35,044 bases of DNA from an uncultured Collinsella sp. (GCA_900554905.1 USJB01000001.1:1-35044); one strand, 5' to 3'; shown: positions 1 through 9,342, numbered from the stretch's first letter. Notes: generated by a model not told the origin, from the sequence alone. Program-made: numbers and translations.

Positions 1-109
1 GCAACTTTGGAAAGGCACCATTAGCCATTGGGGACGCGCCGAGCACTGGGGTATCATGGCTTGGTTGATATATCTGCATTTACGCGCCTTGTAGGAAGGG
101 GCTGCGCCC

Positions 110-793
110 ATGGCTTTTGAGCCCGCTCAACATAGCTTTATCACGCTCGAGGGCGTCGATGGCGCCGGCAAGTCCACGCAGGCGCGCCTGCTTGCCCGCG
201 CGCTCGAACTCGCTGGCTACCAGGTTGTGAGCCTGCGCGAGCCGGGCGGTACCGCCATCAGCGAAAAGATCCGTGCTCTGCTGCTCGACCCCGCCAATAC
301 AGCGATGGGCGACACCTGCGAGTTGTTGCTCTACGAGGCCGCGCGCGCCCAGCTGGTGCACGAGGTCATAGCTCCCGCCCTCGCGGCCGGCAAGGTGGTC
401 GTGTGCGATCGCTTCTACGATTCCACGACCTGCTACCAGGCGTTTGCCGATGGCCTCGATCGCCAGATAGTACGCGATGCCAACAACCTGGCCGTCGCGG
501 GGACGCACCCGGCGCTCACGCTCGTCTATCACATCACGCCCGAGCAGGCGGCACTGCGCATGGCAGCCCGTGGCGCGGCAGATCGCATGGAGGCAAAAGG
601 CATGGCCTTCCAAGAGCGCGTTTACCAGGGATTTTGCGCCATTGCTGCCGAGGAGCCAAACCGCGTAAAGCTCATCGACGCCACTGCGACCGTCGAGGAA
701 GTCTTCGAGAAGACGGTCGAGCAGGTTCGCGCCTACGGCCTCGATATTTCCCAGGACGCCGTCACCGCCGCGCTTGCCCAGGAGGCCGAGTAA
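110..793 (+). CDS. tmk: Thymidylate kinase
   Basis: FITLEGVDGAGKST P-loop, REPGGT and VVCDRF motifs; upstream of holB as in the conserved tmk-holB-yaaT order. Confidence 0.97.
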   Translation: MAFEPAQHSFITLEGVDGAGKSTQARLLARALELAGYQVVSLREPGGTAISEKIRALLLDPANTAMGDTCELLLYEAARAQLVHEVIAPALAAGKVVVCDRFYDSTTCYQAFADGLDRQIVRDANNLAVAGTHPALTLVYHITPEQAALRMAARGAADRMEAKGMAFQERVYQGFCAIAAEEPNRVKLIDATATVEEVFEKTVEQVRAYGLDISQDAVTAALAQEAE

Positions 794-794
794 C

Positions 795-1922
795 ATGGCC
801 CCCGCTCAGGCAAGCCTGCTGGCCAAGCTCGACACCCAAGAGCGCGTGCGCGACTTTTTGACCAACGCCGTCGCCAGCGGTCGCGCATCGCACGCCTACC
901 TGTTTTTGGGCGCGCCCGGCGCGGGCAAGCTCGACGCCGCGTGGGCGCTCGCCCAAGCTTTCCTGTGCGAGCAGGACGGCTGCGGAGCATGCGACAGCTG
1001 CGTACGCGTTGCTCGGCATACGCATCCTGACGTGCACTATTACACGCCCGAGAGCGCCACAGGCTACCTCATTGCCCAGACCCGCGAGCTGCTTGATGAC
1101 GTGCCGCTGGCGCCCATCCGCGCCAAGGCCAAGGTCTACATCATCGACCGTGCCGAGCAGCTGCGCGCCAACACCGCCAACGCACTGCTCAAGACACTCG
1201 AGGAGCCGCCCGAGGGCGTTATGTTCATCTTGCTGGGCACCTCGGCAGACGTGATGTTGCCCACCATCGTGAGCCGCTGTCAGTGCGTGCCGTTTCGGCT
1301 GGTGTCGCCCACCGTGGCCGCGCAGGCCGTGAGTCGCGCGACGGGCCAGGATCTCGCGCGCTGTCGCATGGCGGTCGCCGTGGCGGGAAGCCCCACACGC
1401 GGCATCGAGTTCCTTAAGAGTGCCGAGCGCCAGGATGCTCGCCGCCAGATGGTCCGCGCCATCGATTCGCTCATCGCTGCCGACGAGGCTGATGTGCTCA
1501 GCCGCGCCAAGTCGCTCATCGTCGCCGTTAAGGCACCGCTCGCCGAGGTCAAGTCCACGCAGGAAAAGGTGCTCGAGCAAAACGCCGACTACCTGTCGCG
1601 TGGAGCATTGAAGCAGCTTGAGGACCGCAACAAGCGCGAACTCAACGCGCGCGAGCGTTCGGGTATCATGGAAGCGCTGGCGAGCGCGCGGACGCTCATG
1701 CGCGACGTGCTGCTGACACTTCAGGACGAGGCGGCAGGCGTTGTGAACGAGGACGTGCGCGACACGATCGGGCGGCTTGCCGCGGCGACGAATGTTGCGG
1801 GTGCCACCCAGGCGCTCGAGGCGGTTGCCACGGCTGAGCGCAACATCGCCAGAAACGTTACTCCCCAGCTGGCCATCGAGGTCATGCTGTTCGATATCAG
1901 GAAGGCACTGAAATGCCGTTAG
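795..1922 (+). CDS. holB: DNA polymerase III delta' subunit
   Basis: SHAYLF..GAGK, CxxxxCGxCxSC zinc motif, HPD, ANALLKTLEEPP, TIVSRCQ; ATG at 795 follows the tmk stop. Confidence 0.95.
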   Translation: MAPAQASLLAKLDTQERVRDFLTNAVASGRASHAYLFLGAPGAGKLDAAWALAQAFLCEQDGCGACDSCVRVARHTHPDVHYYTPESATGYLIAQTRELLDDVPLAPIRAKAKVYIIDRAEQLRANTANALLKTLEEPPEGVMFILLGTSADVMLPTIVSRCQCVPFRLVSPTVAAQAVSRATGQDLARCRMAVAVAGSPTRGIEFLKSAERQDARRQMVRAIDSLIAADEADVLSRAKSLIVAVKAPLAEVKSTQEKVLEQNADYLSRGALKQLEDRNKRELNARERSGIMEALASARTLMRDVLLTLQDEAAGVVNEDVRDTIGRLAAATNVAGATQALEAVATAERNIARNVTPQLAIEVMLFDIRKALKCR

Positions 1923-3532
1923 TCGTACCCGTTAAGTTTACCTACGCCTCGCGCGACCTGTGGTTCGACCCGCAGGATCTGGATATCCTCGAGGCCGATT
2001 ATGCCATTTGCTCCACCGAGCGCGGAACCGAGATCGGCCTGGTCACGGCCGATCCCCTCGAGGTGCCGCAAGATGAGATCGGCCAGCCGCTCAAGCCCGT
2101 GCTGCGCGTGGCGAGCGACATCGACCTGCAGCTTGCCGACGACCTGGCCATCCAGGGCGACGAGGCGATGGTCGATTTCCGCCGTCTGGTCAAAGAGCTC
2201 GACCTCGAGATGAAGCCGGTCGGCGTCGAGTACCTGTTTGGCGGCGAGAAGGCCGTGTTCTACTTTGCGGCCGAGGAGCGCGTCGATTTTCGCCAGCTCG
2301 TCAAGGATCTGTCCTCGACGCTGCACATTCGCGTCGACATGCGTCAGATCGGCGTGCGCGATGAGACCCGCCTGGTGGGCGGCTATGCCCAGTGCGGACA
2401 GGAACTCTGCTGCACGCGCTTTGGCGGACAGTTTGAGCCCGTCTCGATTCGCATGGCAAAAGAGCAGGACCTGCCGCTCAACTCGTCCAAGATCAGCGGC
2501 GTGTGCGGCCGCCTGATGTGCTGCCTGCGCTATGAGTTCGAGGCGTACAAGGACTTTAAGAGCCGTGCGCCCAAAAAGAAGACGCTCATCGATACGCCGC
2601 TTGGCAAGGCGCGTATCCAGGAGTATGACACGCCGCGTGAGCAGCTGGTGCTGCGCCTGGAGAACGGTAAAGTCTTTAAGGTCAACCTGGCCGATATGAC
2701 GTGCTCGGAGGGCTGCAAAAAGAAGGCCGCCGAGCAGGGCTGCAACTGCCGCCCCGACTGCGTGACGCGCGATGTGCTCGAGCGCATCGAGTCGCCCGAG
2801 ATGCGCCTGGCGCTCATGGAACTCGATCGCGAGAACGGCGTTGACGTGGGCGATGGCCTGTCGAGTGCCGATCGTCTGGCCGGCACATCGATGCCCAAGC
2901 GCCGTCGTCGCGATGCCGAATCCGATGCTCGCACCGCTCAGGGCCAGGGCGAGGGCCGTGGCCGTGGAAAGGGCCGCGGCAAGGCCGAGGCACCCGAGGC
3001 CGAGGAGGCAGCTGGTGGCCGTCGCCGCCGCAAGCGCGCGGCGTCCGTCGACAATGGCGAGGCCGCGGGTAAGAACGCTTCCCGCGAGCGCGAGGCTCAG
3101 CAGCCCCAGCAGCAAAACCGCGGCGGTGGCATGAACCCCACACGTCGCCGCCGCCGTCATCTGTCGAGCGAGGAGCGCGAGGACGCCTTCCGCGCCGCAG
3201 CTGCTCGCGAGGCCGGTGCCGCTTCCAAGGGCGCCTCGGCCTCCGATGCGCCTGTCGACAAGAGCGGCAAGTCACGTGGCGAGGAGGAGCGCGCGCCGCG
3301 TCCGCGCCGTCGCCATTCCTCGGGCGCGCAGCAGAAGCCCTCAGTGCCCTCCGTGGCCGATCAGGTCTCGGATGGCGAGGTCAAGGTCACGCGCCGTCGT
3401 CCCGGAGATGGCGGGGGAGCGGCTGCCAAGGCTTCGCGCCGTCGCCGTCGTCGTTCCCGCAAGCCGCGCCAGGATGGTGGCGAGGGCTCGACCCCGTCTT
3501 CGTCCGCACCACAACCGCCCGCCGGCGAATAA
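1913..3532 (+). CDS. ricT: PSP1-domain RicT/YaaT family protein with long Arg-rich disordered C-terminus
   Basis: RVDFRQLVKDL, RQIGVRDE, CGQELCC, SIRMAKEQ, KISGVCGRLMCCLRYE signature; overlaps the holB stop. Confidence 0.9.
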   Translation: MPLVVPVKFTYASRDLWFDPQDLDILEADYAICSTERGTEIGLVTADPLEVPQDEIGQPLKPVLRVASDIDLQLADDLAIQGDEAMVDFRRLVKELDLEMKPVGVEYLFGGEKAVFYFAAEERVDFRQLVKDLSSTLHIRVDMRQIGVRDETRLVGGYAQCGQELCCTRFGGQFEPVSIRMAKEQDLPLNSSKISGVCGRLMCCLRYEFEAYKDFKSRAPKKKTLIDTPLGKARIQEYDTPREQLVLRLENGKVFKVNLADMTCSEGCKKKAAEQGCNCRPDCVTRDVLERIESPEMRLALMELDRENGVDVGDGLSSADRLAGTSMPKRRRRDAESDARTAQGQGEGRGRGKGRGKAEAPEAEEAAGGRRRRKRAASVDNGEAAGKNASREREAQQPQQQNRGGGMNPTRRRRRHLSSEEREDAFRAAAAREAGAASKGASASDAPVDKSGKSRGEEERAPRPRRRHSSGAQQKPSVPSVADQVSDGEVKVTRRRPGDGGGAAAKASRRRRRRSRKPRQDGGEGSTPSSSAPQPPAGE

Positions 3533-3634
3533 CGCCCGCGAGCGGATTTAGCCCGCCTTGCCCCGAGCGCATCGGGGTATCATAGCGCCGAATCAACAAC
3601 CCTCCCTGCGACCGAACGTAGGGAGGGTTGTGTC

Positions 3635-4441
3635 TTGAAGAGCTATCTGAACATATTGGGTCGTCTGCAGGGTGCCGGCGCCCTACCGTTTGCGGACGAA
3701 TTGCTACCGTTTGCCGAGTGGGTGGCACGCGAGGCGCTCGAGGCATTGTCGCCAACACGATGTGCCGGCTGCGAGCGCGCCGGTGCGCTTATTTGCCAAG
3801 ACTGCCTGACCGTGCTCACGCTCATCGACCCACGTCATAGCTGCACCCGATGCGGCGCCCCGTTTGGGGATTTGCTGTGCACTGAGTGTTCGGTCGAGGG
3901 CACGTCCTCGGCAATGACGGAGGCGCTCGACCGCTGCCTGGCGTGCGCTGTCTATGCGCATCCGCTGTCGCGCATCATTAAAGCGTACAAGGACTCGGGC
4001 GAGCGACGTCTGGCTCCGTATCTGGCGGAGCTGCTCTACGACACCGCCCTGCATGCCCAGGTCGTAGCGCCCGATCGCTACGGAGGTGTGCTGTCCGGTG
4101 CGGATGCGGTGGTGTTTGTGCCTGCGACGGCGGCAGCGTTTCGGCGGCGTGGTTTTGATCATATGGAGGCTATTGCGCGCCCATTTTGCGAGCTGTCGGG
4201 TGTTCCCCTGCTCGATGCTCTCGTCAAGTACGGGCATGGCGACCAGCGCGAACTCGGTCGTGAGGAGCGCCGCGAGCGTGCCCAAAGCATGTACGAGACG
4301 GTTGAGGACGTGCACGGTCGCCGCTTGCTGCTTATCGACGACGTTATCACCACGGGTGCGACGATGGCAGCGGCTTCGGCGGAACTCAAGCGCGCCGGCG
4401 CTGCGGCAGTCGATGGCCTTGCTATCGCACGCGTTTGGTAG
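3635..4441 (+). CDS. comF: ComF family protein (double zinc ribbon + phosphoribosyltransferase)
   Basis: Four CxxC pairs, RRRGFDH, LLIDDVITTGAT PRTase motif; GGGAGG SD before TTG 3635. Confidence 0.92.
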   Translation: MKSYLNILGRLQGAGALPFADELLPFAEWVAREALEALSPTRCAGCERAGALICQDCLTVLTLIDPRHSCTRCGAPFGDLLCTECSVEGTSSAMTEALDRCLACAVYAHPLSRIIKAYKDSGERRLAPYLAELLYDTALHAQVVAPDRYGGVLSGADAVVFVPATAAAFRRRGFDHMEAIARPFCELSGVPLLDALVKYGHGDQRELGREERRERAQSMYETVEDVHGRRLLLIDDVITTGATMAAASAELKRAGAAAVDGLAIARVW

Positions 4442-4452
4442 GGGTGATTCAT

Positions 4453-5565
4453 GTGGCGGTAACAATCAGGCGGTGCAACAAACCGACAAAAGAGCAGCTA
4501 GCGGCTTCCGTAATCCTAACAGGCGCCTCGGCGCTGCGCATGATGCGCGCCGAGCGCCGGCAGATGGGCTACATAAGCTGGAAGGACCTTAATCCCGATG
4601 AAGAGCGCCGTGTGCTGCGCACGTCGTCGCCCTCGATCGAGGACATCTATCTTCCCGATTTGGTGAGGATCGGGGTCGTGAGTGGCGAGGTTCAAGAAGA
4701 CCTGTGCCTACTGGTGGGATCTGCAAAGCAGCGTCGCCGCATGCCTGGTGCAAGCTGGTCCGTTTGTTCTACAGGCCTGCCGGACGCTTCGATTTTGGAG
4801 GTGGAGCCGGGGGTGTACAGCTTGTCTCCCGAGGCCCTCTGTGCCGCCGTTGCGCGCGAAGTCGGCTGTATCCAGGCATTTGCCCTGGCCCAGGAGCTGT
4901 GCTCTAAGATTTCGCTGAGTGACCGCGGGCAGTATCTACCTCCCTACACATCGCCTGTCGTGAACAAATTGGCAAAGGACAAAGACCAGCCGCCAGATGT
5001 CGGTTACTTTGAGGTCGAGTCCGTGCTGACACCCGATTGCCTGGTAGATTACCTCGCGGCATGCAAGGGGAATGTGGCCAAACAGCTGCTGCGCCTGTGT
5101 CCCTACCTGTCAGAAAATCTGCGCTCGCCCATGGAGTGCATCATGCTCGCTCTGTTTTCGCTTCCGTTTTCCTATGGCGGATTTGCCTGCGGTCCCTTTA
5201 AGACCGACTACAAGATCGAGTTCGATGACCGCGCGCAGGCAATCTCGGGGATGCCGCATGCAGTTTGCGATGCGTATCAGGAAACAGCCCGGTTTGACCT
5301 GGAATACAACGGTGAGCTGGGCCATTCCTCTCGGAGGGGGCGTATCCATGATGAAAAGCGCAACACGGGCTTGATTACTATGGGAATCGAGGTCGCGACG
5401 GTCAACAATGAAATGCTCTGCGACATGGAAGCGATGGAAGCGCTCGCATGGCGCATCCACCAGCGTATGGGTAAGCGATATCAGAATCGCGTAGAGGCTC
5501 GTCGAAAGAGGCAAGATGCTCTGCTGAATACGCTCCGAGCGTGCTTTGGGCTCAAGCCGGTGTAA
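4453..5565 (+). CDS. Hypothetical protein, AbiEi/DUF559 (Vsr-like PD-(D/E)xK nuclease fold) actinobacterial family
   Basis: RSPME motif, then CDAY...DLEYNG..H......D..RN..L...G..V..V, resembling DUF559/Vsr C-termini. Start uncertain (TTG 4435 or GTG 4453). Confidence 0.65.
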   Translation: MAVTIRRCNKPTKEQLAASVILTGASALRMMRAERRQMGYISWKDLNPDEERRVLRTSSPSIEDIYLPDLVRIGVVSGEVQEDLCLLVGSAKQRRRMPGASWSVCSTGLPDASILEVEPGVYSLSPEALCAAVAREVGCIQAFALAQELCSKISLSDRGQYLPPYTSPVVNKLAKDKDQPPDVGYFEVESVLTPDCLVDYLAACKGNVAKQLLRLCPYLSENLRSPMECIMLALFSLPFSYGGFACGPFKTDYKIEFDDRAQAISGMPHAVCDAYQETARFDLEYNGELGHSSRRGRIHDEKRNTGLITMGIEVATVNNEMLCDMEAMEALAWRIHQRMGKRYQNRVEARRKRQDALLNTLRACFGLKPV

Positions 5566-5600
5566 AACTATGGCTTTATAGGGGGTCTGTTTATATGCTC

Positions 5601-5817
5601 TGTGCAAAAAACGGCAAATATGAGTACTGTTACTAGATTAGTGACAGCAAAAACAAAGAAGCTTGGGCCGAAAATCTGGATTCAGCGAAGAGATAATAAA
5701 CGAATGTGGAATATCTTGGCGCCAAGCAGGCTGTGCGGAACTCAAAAAGGGCTCGTGGGGCGGTAATACGCTGCTACTAAATTGGTAACAGTACTCATAT
5801 TTGCCGTTTTTTGCACA
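5601..5817. repeat. Long inverted-repeat element (33-bp perfect arms)
   Basis: TGTGCAAAAAACGGCAAATATGAGTACTGTTAC (5601-5633) is the exact reverse complement of 5785-5817; imperfect pairing extends to about 5648/5770. Confidence 0.95.
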
Positions 5818-5837
5818 CGGCACCCTGAGACGGGTGC

Positions 5838-5866
5838 CCCGGAGCTCCCCGTGGGGGAGCTCCGGG
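5838..5866. other. GC-rich 13-bp hairpin
   Basis: CCCGGAGCTCCCC-GTG-GGGGAGCTCCGGG; no clear U-tract. Confidence 0.7.
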
Positions 5867-5938
5867 CTTCATGGGGGCACGAATGATCCGTCCCGACCTG
5901 CAAAATCTGTACTCGAGATGCGAATAACGTCCCTAACC

Positions 5939-5967
5939 TTAAACTATAGCTTGAACTTAGCTATAAT
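5939..5967 (+). promoter_or_regulatory. Sigma70-type promoter of the raiA RNA
   Basis: TTAAAC (5939-44), 17 bp, TATAAT (5962-67); the predicted start site falls at the 5' end of the RNA closing stem (~5975). Confidence 0.7.
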
Positions 5968-5974
5968 GCGCTAC

Positions 5975-6239
5975 GTTCCTGCCAGGCTGTGGTTGCGGAC
6001 GGACGAAATGCCCGTCCTAGTCCAAGACAGACGCGGTCAAAGGGATCCACGTAAGCGACCGCGTGCGCGCGGCGCGATCATGGCGCGTCCTAGATGTAAG
6101 CCGCACCGTCCGTTCTACTTTCTTTGGGGCAATACCGCCTCGCGGGCGAGCGGGCCAGTCGTGAAGGTGGCTGCGGCCCCCTGAGCAAACGCCCCAGTGC
6201 GCAAGTGTGGGGTCAAATACCAGGTCAGCTGGTGGGAAC
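5975..6239 (+). ncRNA. raiA motif RNA
   Basis: Closing stem GTTCCTGCCAG/CTGGTGGGAAC. Blocks TGTGGTTG, GATCCACGTAAG, CATGG, TAGATGTAAG and GTGTGGGGTCAAATACCAGGTCA match the raiA motif as I recall it. Context comF / substrate-binding protein / raiA(hpf) is typical for this RNA. Confidence 0.9.
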
Positions 6240-6316
6240 AACCCGATATTCCGTGCGGGGCACGGATCGTATACGACACAGAAGGCAGGGTAGTGGACAT
6301 GGTGAGGGGCAGCTTG

Positions 6317-7309
6317 ATGCATGCGGCTCGGTTGGGTGCTGGGACCGCGGCGGTCATTGCCGTTTTGGGCCTGAGCGGATGCGCGTTCAATCCACTGTCC
6401 ACGTTCACGACGCCCACGATCGACCAGATCGAGCGCGAGACCGTTACCCCCACGGTATCGGACAATGCCCTGGTCACGCCGGGAACCCTGACGGTCGCCC
6501 TCGATACGTCCGATGCCCCGCAAGCCATGCAGGATGCCGACGGAAACCTCACGGGCTATGCGGTCGATGCCGCTCGTGCCCTCGCATGCCGCATGGGTCT
6601 CAAGGTCGCCTTTGTCGATGCGTCCTCGGCCGATTCCGCGCTCAGCGATAAAAAGGCCGACATCTTTATTGGCGACATCAAGTCTGCGGGCGGCGACATC
6701 AGCTCGCTTGGCACCTGTCTGTACGATGCTGCCGCCGTGTTCGGCAAGACCAGCGACGGAGAGTCCCCGAGTGTCTCAACCGACACACTCAACACTGCTA
6801 CTTTGGGCGTTCAGACTTCCTCGGCCTCGCAGGAAGCGCTTGCCAAGCAGAGCATCACGGCCAACCAAAAGACCTTCTCCAACATCAACGAGTGCTTCGA
6901 GGCACTCGAGTCGGGCGAGGTCGATTACGTGATCTGTGATTCCACGGCCGGTGGTTACCTCGCGCGCCTGATGAGTCAGATCTCCTATGTCGGCACGCTC
7001 GAGGCACCCTCCACGCTTGGCGTCGCAGGCCTTAGCTCTAACGATGAGCTGTGTCGTGCCGTGAGTGATGCCCTCGACGGTATCACGGTCGACGGCACGC
7101 TCGAGGCGGTCCACTGCGTCTGGTATGGCCAAATGCCCTATGACCTTACCGCCAAGACTGTTTCGGGGGCCAATGTGCAGGCATCCGACTCCACGTCCAA
7201 CGAGACCGAGTCCTCCGATGGCGACGCCTCTGATAACAACGGCGACAGTCCGTCGTCTAGCCAGGAGGGCGCCATCACCGACGATGACATCAACAAGCTC
7301 AATAGCTAG
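6317..7309 (+). CDS. ABC/amino-acid-type substrate-binding lipoprotein (SBP family 3)
   Basis: Lipobox LSGC, PGTLTVALD..GYAVD, EALESGEVDYVICD. ATG 6317 has a GAGGGG SD; the ORF-track start 6197 lies inside the ncRNA. Confidence 0.85.
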   Translation: MHAARLGAGTAAVIAVLGLSGCAFNPLSTFTTPTIDQIERETVTPTVSDNALVTPGTLTVALDTSDAPQAMQDADGNLTGYAVDAARALACRMGLKVAFVDASSADSALSDKKADIFIGDIKSAGGDISSLGTCLYDAAAVFGKTSDGESPSVSTDTLNTATLGVQTSSASQEALAKQSITANQKTFSNINECFEALESGEVDYVICDSTAGGYLARLMSQISYVGTLEAPSTLGVAGLSSNDELCRAVSDALDGITVDGTLEAVHCVWYGQMPYDLTAKTVSGANVQASDSTSNETESSDGDASDNNGDSPSSSQEGAITDDDINKLNS

Positions 7310-7375
7310 TTATTGGTAGGGGTGGCGTCTACCACACATCGAACGAGGCGCTTCTTCACGGTTTCAACACGCATG

Positions 7376-7410
7376 GCCGGGTCTCCCAAATAGGGGAGCC
7401 CGGCTTTTCT
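7376..7410 (+). terminator. Rho-independent terminator
   Basis: GCCGGGTCTCCC-AAATA-GGGGAGCCCGGC followed by TTTTCT. Confidence 0.75.
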
Positions 7411-7626
7411 ATTTTGGTAAAACTAGCAGGTCAAAGCTAATTTTCAGGAGAAAAATTAACTCCGTCGACGCCTTCCTATAGCGCACTTTGCCACGGAAAA
7501 GTGCGAGACTTCGGTATGCGGTATCAAGCAATCGTTATTCGGGTCTTTGGGAATCCGCGTGATTAAATGCACGGCAATGGGTACATAGCCAGTACAGTAA
7601 GTCCCCGAGGCAGATTGGAGCCACGT

Positions 7627-8211
7627 ATGGATATCAAGGTTTCTGGACGCAAGACGACGGTAACCGATGCTCTGCGTGCGCATGTGGATGAGAAAATCGG
7701 CGAGGCGCTCAAGGTTTTCGATATCGAGCCCATGACGGTCGACGTTGTACTTCGCTATGAGAAGAACCCCTCGAACCCCAACCCGGCAATCGTCGAGGTC
7801 ACGGTTCGTGCCCGCGGTTCGGTGATTCGCGTTGCCGAGCACGGCGCAGATATGTATGCTGCCATCGACCTCTCCGCCGATAAGGTTACCCGCCAGCTGC
7901 GCAAGTTCAAGACCAAGGTCGTGGACAACCGCCAGGGTGGTGCCAGCGCCGCGGATGTCGCACCGGTCGAGCGCGTCGAGGATCTGGCCGACCTGCTGCT
8001 GCCCGAGGAGGACGACGACCTGCTCGTCCGCGAGAAGGTCATCGATGTCACCCCGATGACTGAGGAGCAGGCGCTGGTGCAGACCGATCTGCTCGGCCAC
8101 GACTTCTACGTGTTCGAGAACGCGACGACTGGCCTCATCAATGTGGTGTATCACCGTAAGAATGGTGGATATGGCATCATCAAGCCCCGCATCGAAACAC
8201 TTGACGAGTAA
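7627..8211 (+). CDS. hpf: Ribosome hibernation promoting factor (long HPF/RaiA)
   Basis: MDIKVSGR..VTDALR, DMYAAID...K..RQLRKFK, C-terminal LLGHDFYVF..INVVYHRKNGGYGII; GGAG SD. Confidence 0.96.
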   Translation: MDIKVSGRKTTVTDALRAHVDEKIGEALKVFDIEPMTVDVVLRYEKNPSNPNPAIVEVTVRARGSVIRVAEHGADMYAAIDLSADKVTRQLRKFKTKVVDNRQGGASAADVAPVERVEDLADLLLPEEDDDLLVREKVIDVTPMTEEQALVQTDLLGHDFYVFENATTGLINVVYHRKNGGYGIIKPRIETLDE

Positions 8212-8240
8212 AATACGTTAACTTGCATGAGTTAACGGCT

Positions 8241-8272
8241 GGCGGCCATCCCATGCGGGTGGCCGCCTTTTT
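8241..8272 (+). terminator. Rho-independent terminator
   Basis: GGCGGCCATCC-CATGC-GGGTGGCCGCC followed by TTTTT. Confidence 0.8.
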
Positions 8273-8290
8273 ACGTAAGGAGTCGCTTTG

Positions 8291-9244
8291 ATGGACAAGG
8301 CCGCATCTACCGGCCATTCTGACCGCTGCCGCATCGTCGTCGATACCTGCTGCGACTTTAGCCCCGAGGTCGCCGCGAACCTCGATGTCGATATCTTGGG
8401 CTTCCCCTTTATCATCGATGGCGAGGAGCGCACGGACGATATCTGGTCGAGCATGAGCCCTAAGGAGTTCTACGACCGCATGCGCGCCGGTGCCCGCGTG
8501 TCCACCTCGGCTGTGTCGCTCGGTCGCTATATCGAGTTCTTTACCGAGTGCGCCAAAGAGGGCACACCCACGGTCTACCTGTGCTTTACCTCGGCGCTGT
8601 CGTCGAGCTACAACTCCGCGTGCCAGGCGGCAGATGCCGTGCGCGCCGAGTATCCCAACTTTGAGCTCTACGTGGTCGACAACGCTCTGCCCTGCGCGAC
8701 CGGCGCGCTCTTGGCGCTCGAGGCCGTGCGCCAGCGTTCGGCGGGACTGACCGCCAAGCAGCTGGTCGATTGGGCAAACGAGGCAAAGACCTACGTCCAC
8801 GGCTACTTTACGCTCGAGAGCTTCGATGCGCTGGCTGCCGGCGGCCGCATTCCGCCCGCGGCGGCGCAGCTCACGGCAAAGCTCGACGTCAAGCCCGAGC
8901 TCTCCTACGACCTGGCCGGCTCGCTGTCGCTGATCGGCGTCAACCGCGGCCGCAAGAAGGCGCTCAAGTCCATCCTCAAGTCGTTCCGCGAGAACTACGT
9001 GCCCGATCGCACCATGCCCATCGCCATCATGACGGCCGATGCCGAAAAGGATGGTGACTGGCTCGAAGCCGCCATCCGCAAGGAGGAGGGTTGCGCCGAC
9101 GTCACGATCATTCGCGGCTCCGTGGGTCCCACCATCGGCTCGCACGTGGGCCCCGGCATGGTGGGCTGCGCGTTTTGGGGTAAGAACCGCGCCGACAAGG
9201 CGTCGCTTTCCGACCGTATCGCCCGCCGCGTGCGCGGTCAGTAG
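8291..9244 (+). CDS. DegV/FakB family fatty-acid-binding protein
   Basis: IVVDTCCD, STSA, SALSSSY, GGRI, IGSHVGPG motifs. Confidence 0.92.
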   Translation: MDKAASTGHSDRCRIVVDTCCDFSPEVAANLDVDILGFPFIIDGEERTDDIWSSMSPKEFYDRMRAGARVSTSAVSLGRYIEFFTECAKEGTPTVYLCFTSALSSSYNSACQAADAVRAEYPNFELYVVDNALPCATGALLALEAVRQRSAGLTAKQLVDWANEAKTYVHGYFTLESFDALAAGGRIPPAAAQLTAKLDVKPELSYDLAGSLSLIGVNRGRKKALKSILKSFRENYVPDRTMPIAIMTADAEKDGDWLEAAIRKEEGCADVTIIRGSVGPTIGSHVGPGMVGCAFWGKNRADKASLSDRIARRVRGQ

Positions 9245-9342
9245 GCAAGCGCTGCGTCCGTAATCGCCCTCGACTCACAGCCCAAACGCTGGCACCGAGT
9301 ATTCAACCTGGTAACAACACCCAACCCAAAAGGAAAGGTTTC

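Noticed and set aside
3683..3714. CTACCGTTTGC direct repeat at the comF 5' end (LPFADELLPFAE)
   Set aside because: A small in-frame duplication with no sign of function.
5601..5817. Autonomous IS element
   Set aside because: No transposase between or next to the arms and no clear target-site duplication; kept only as an inverted-repeat element.
6197..6316. ORF-track N-terminal extension of the substrate-binding protein
   Set aside because: It overlaps the raiA RNA 3' end; the signal peptide and SD fit a start at 6317 (or 6299).
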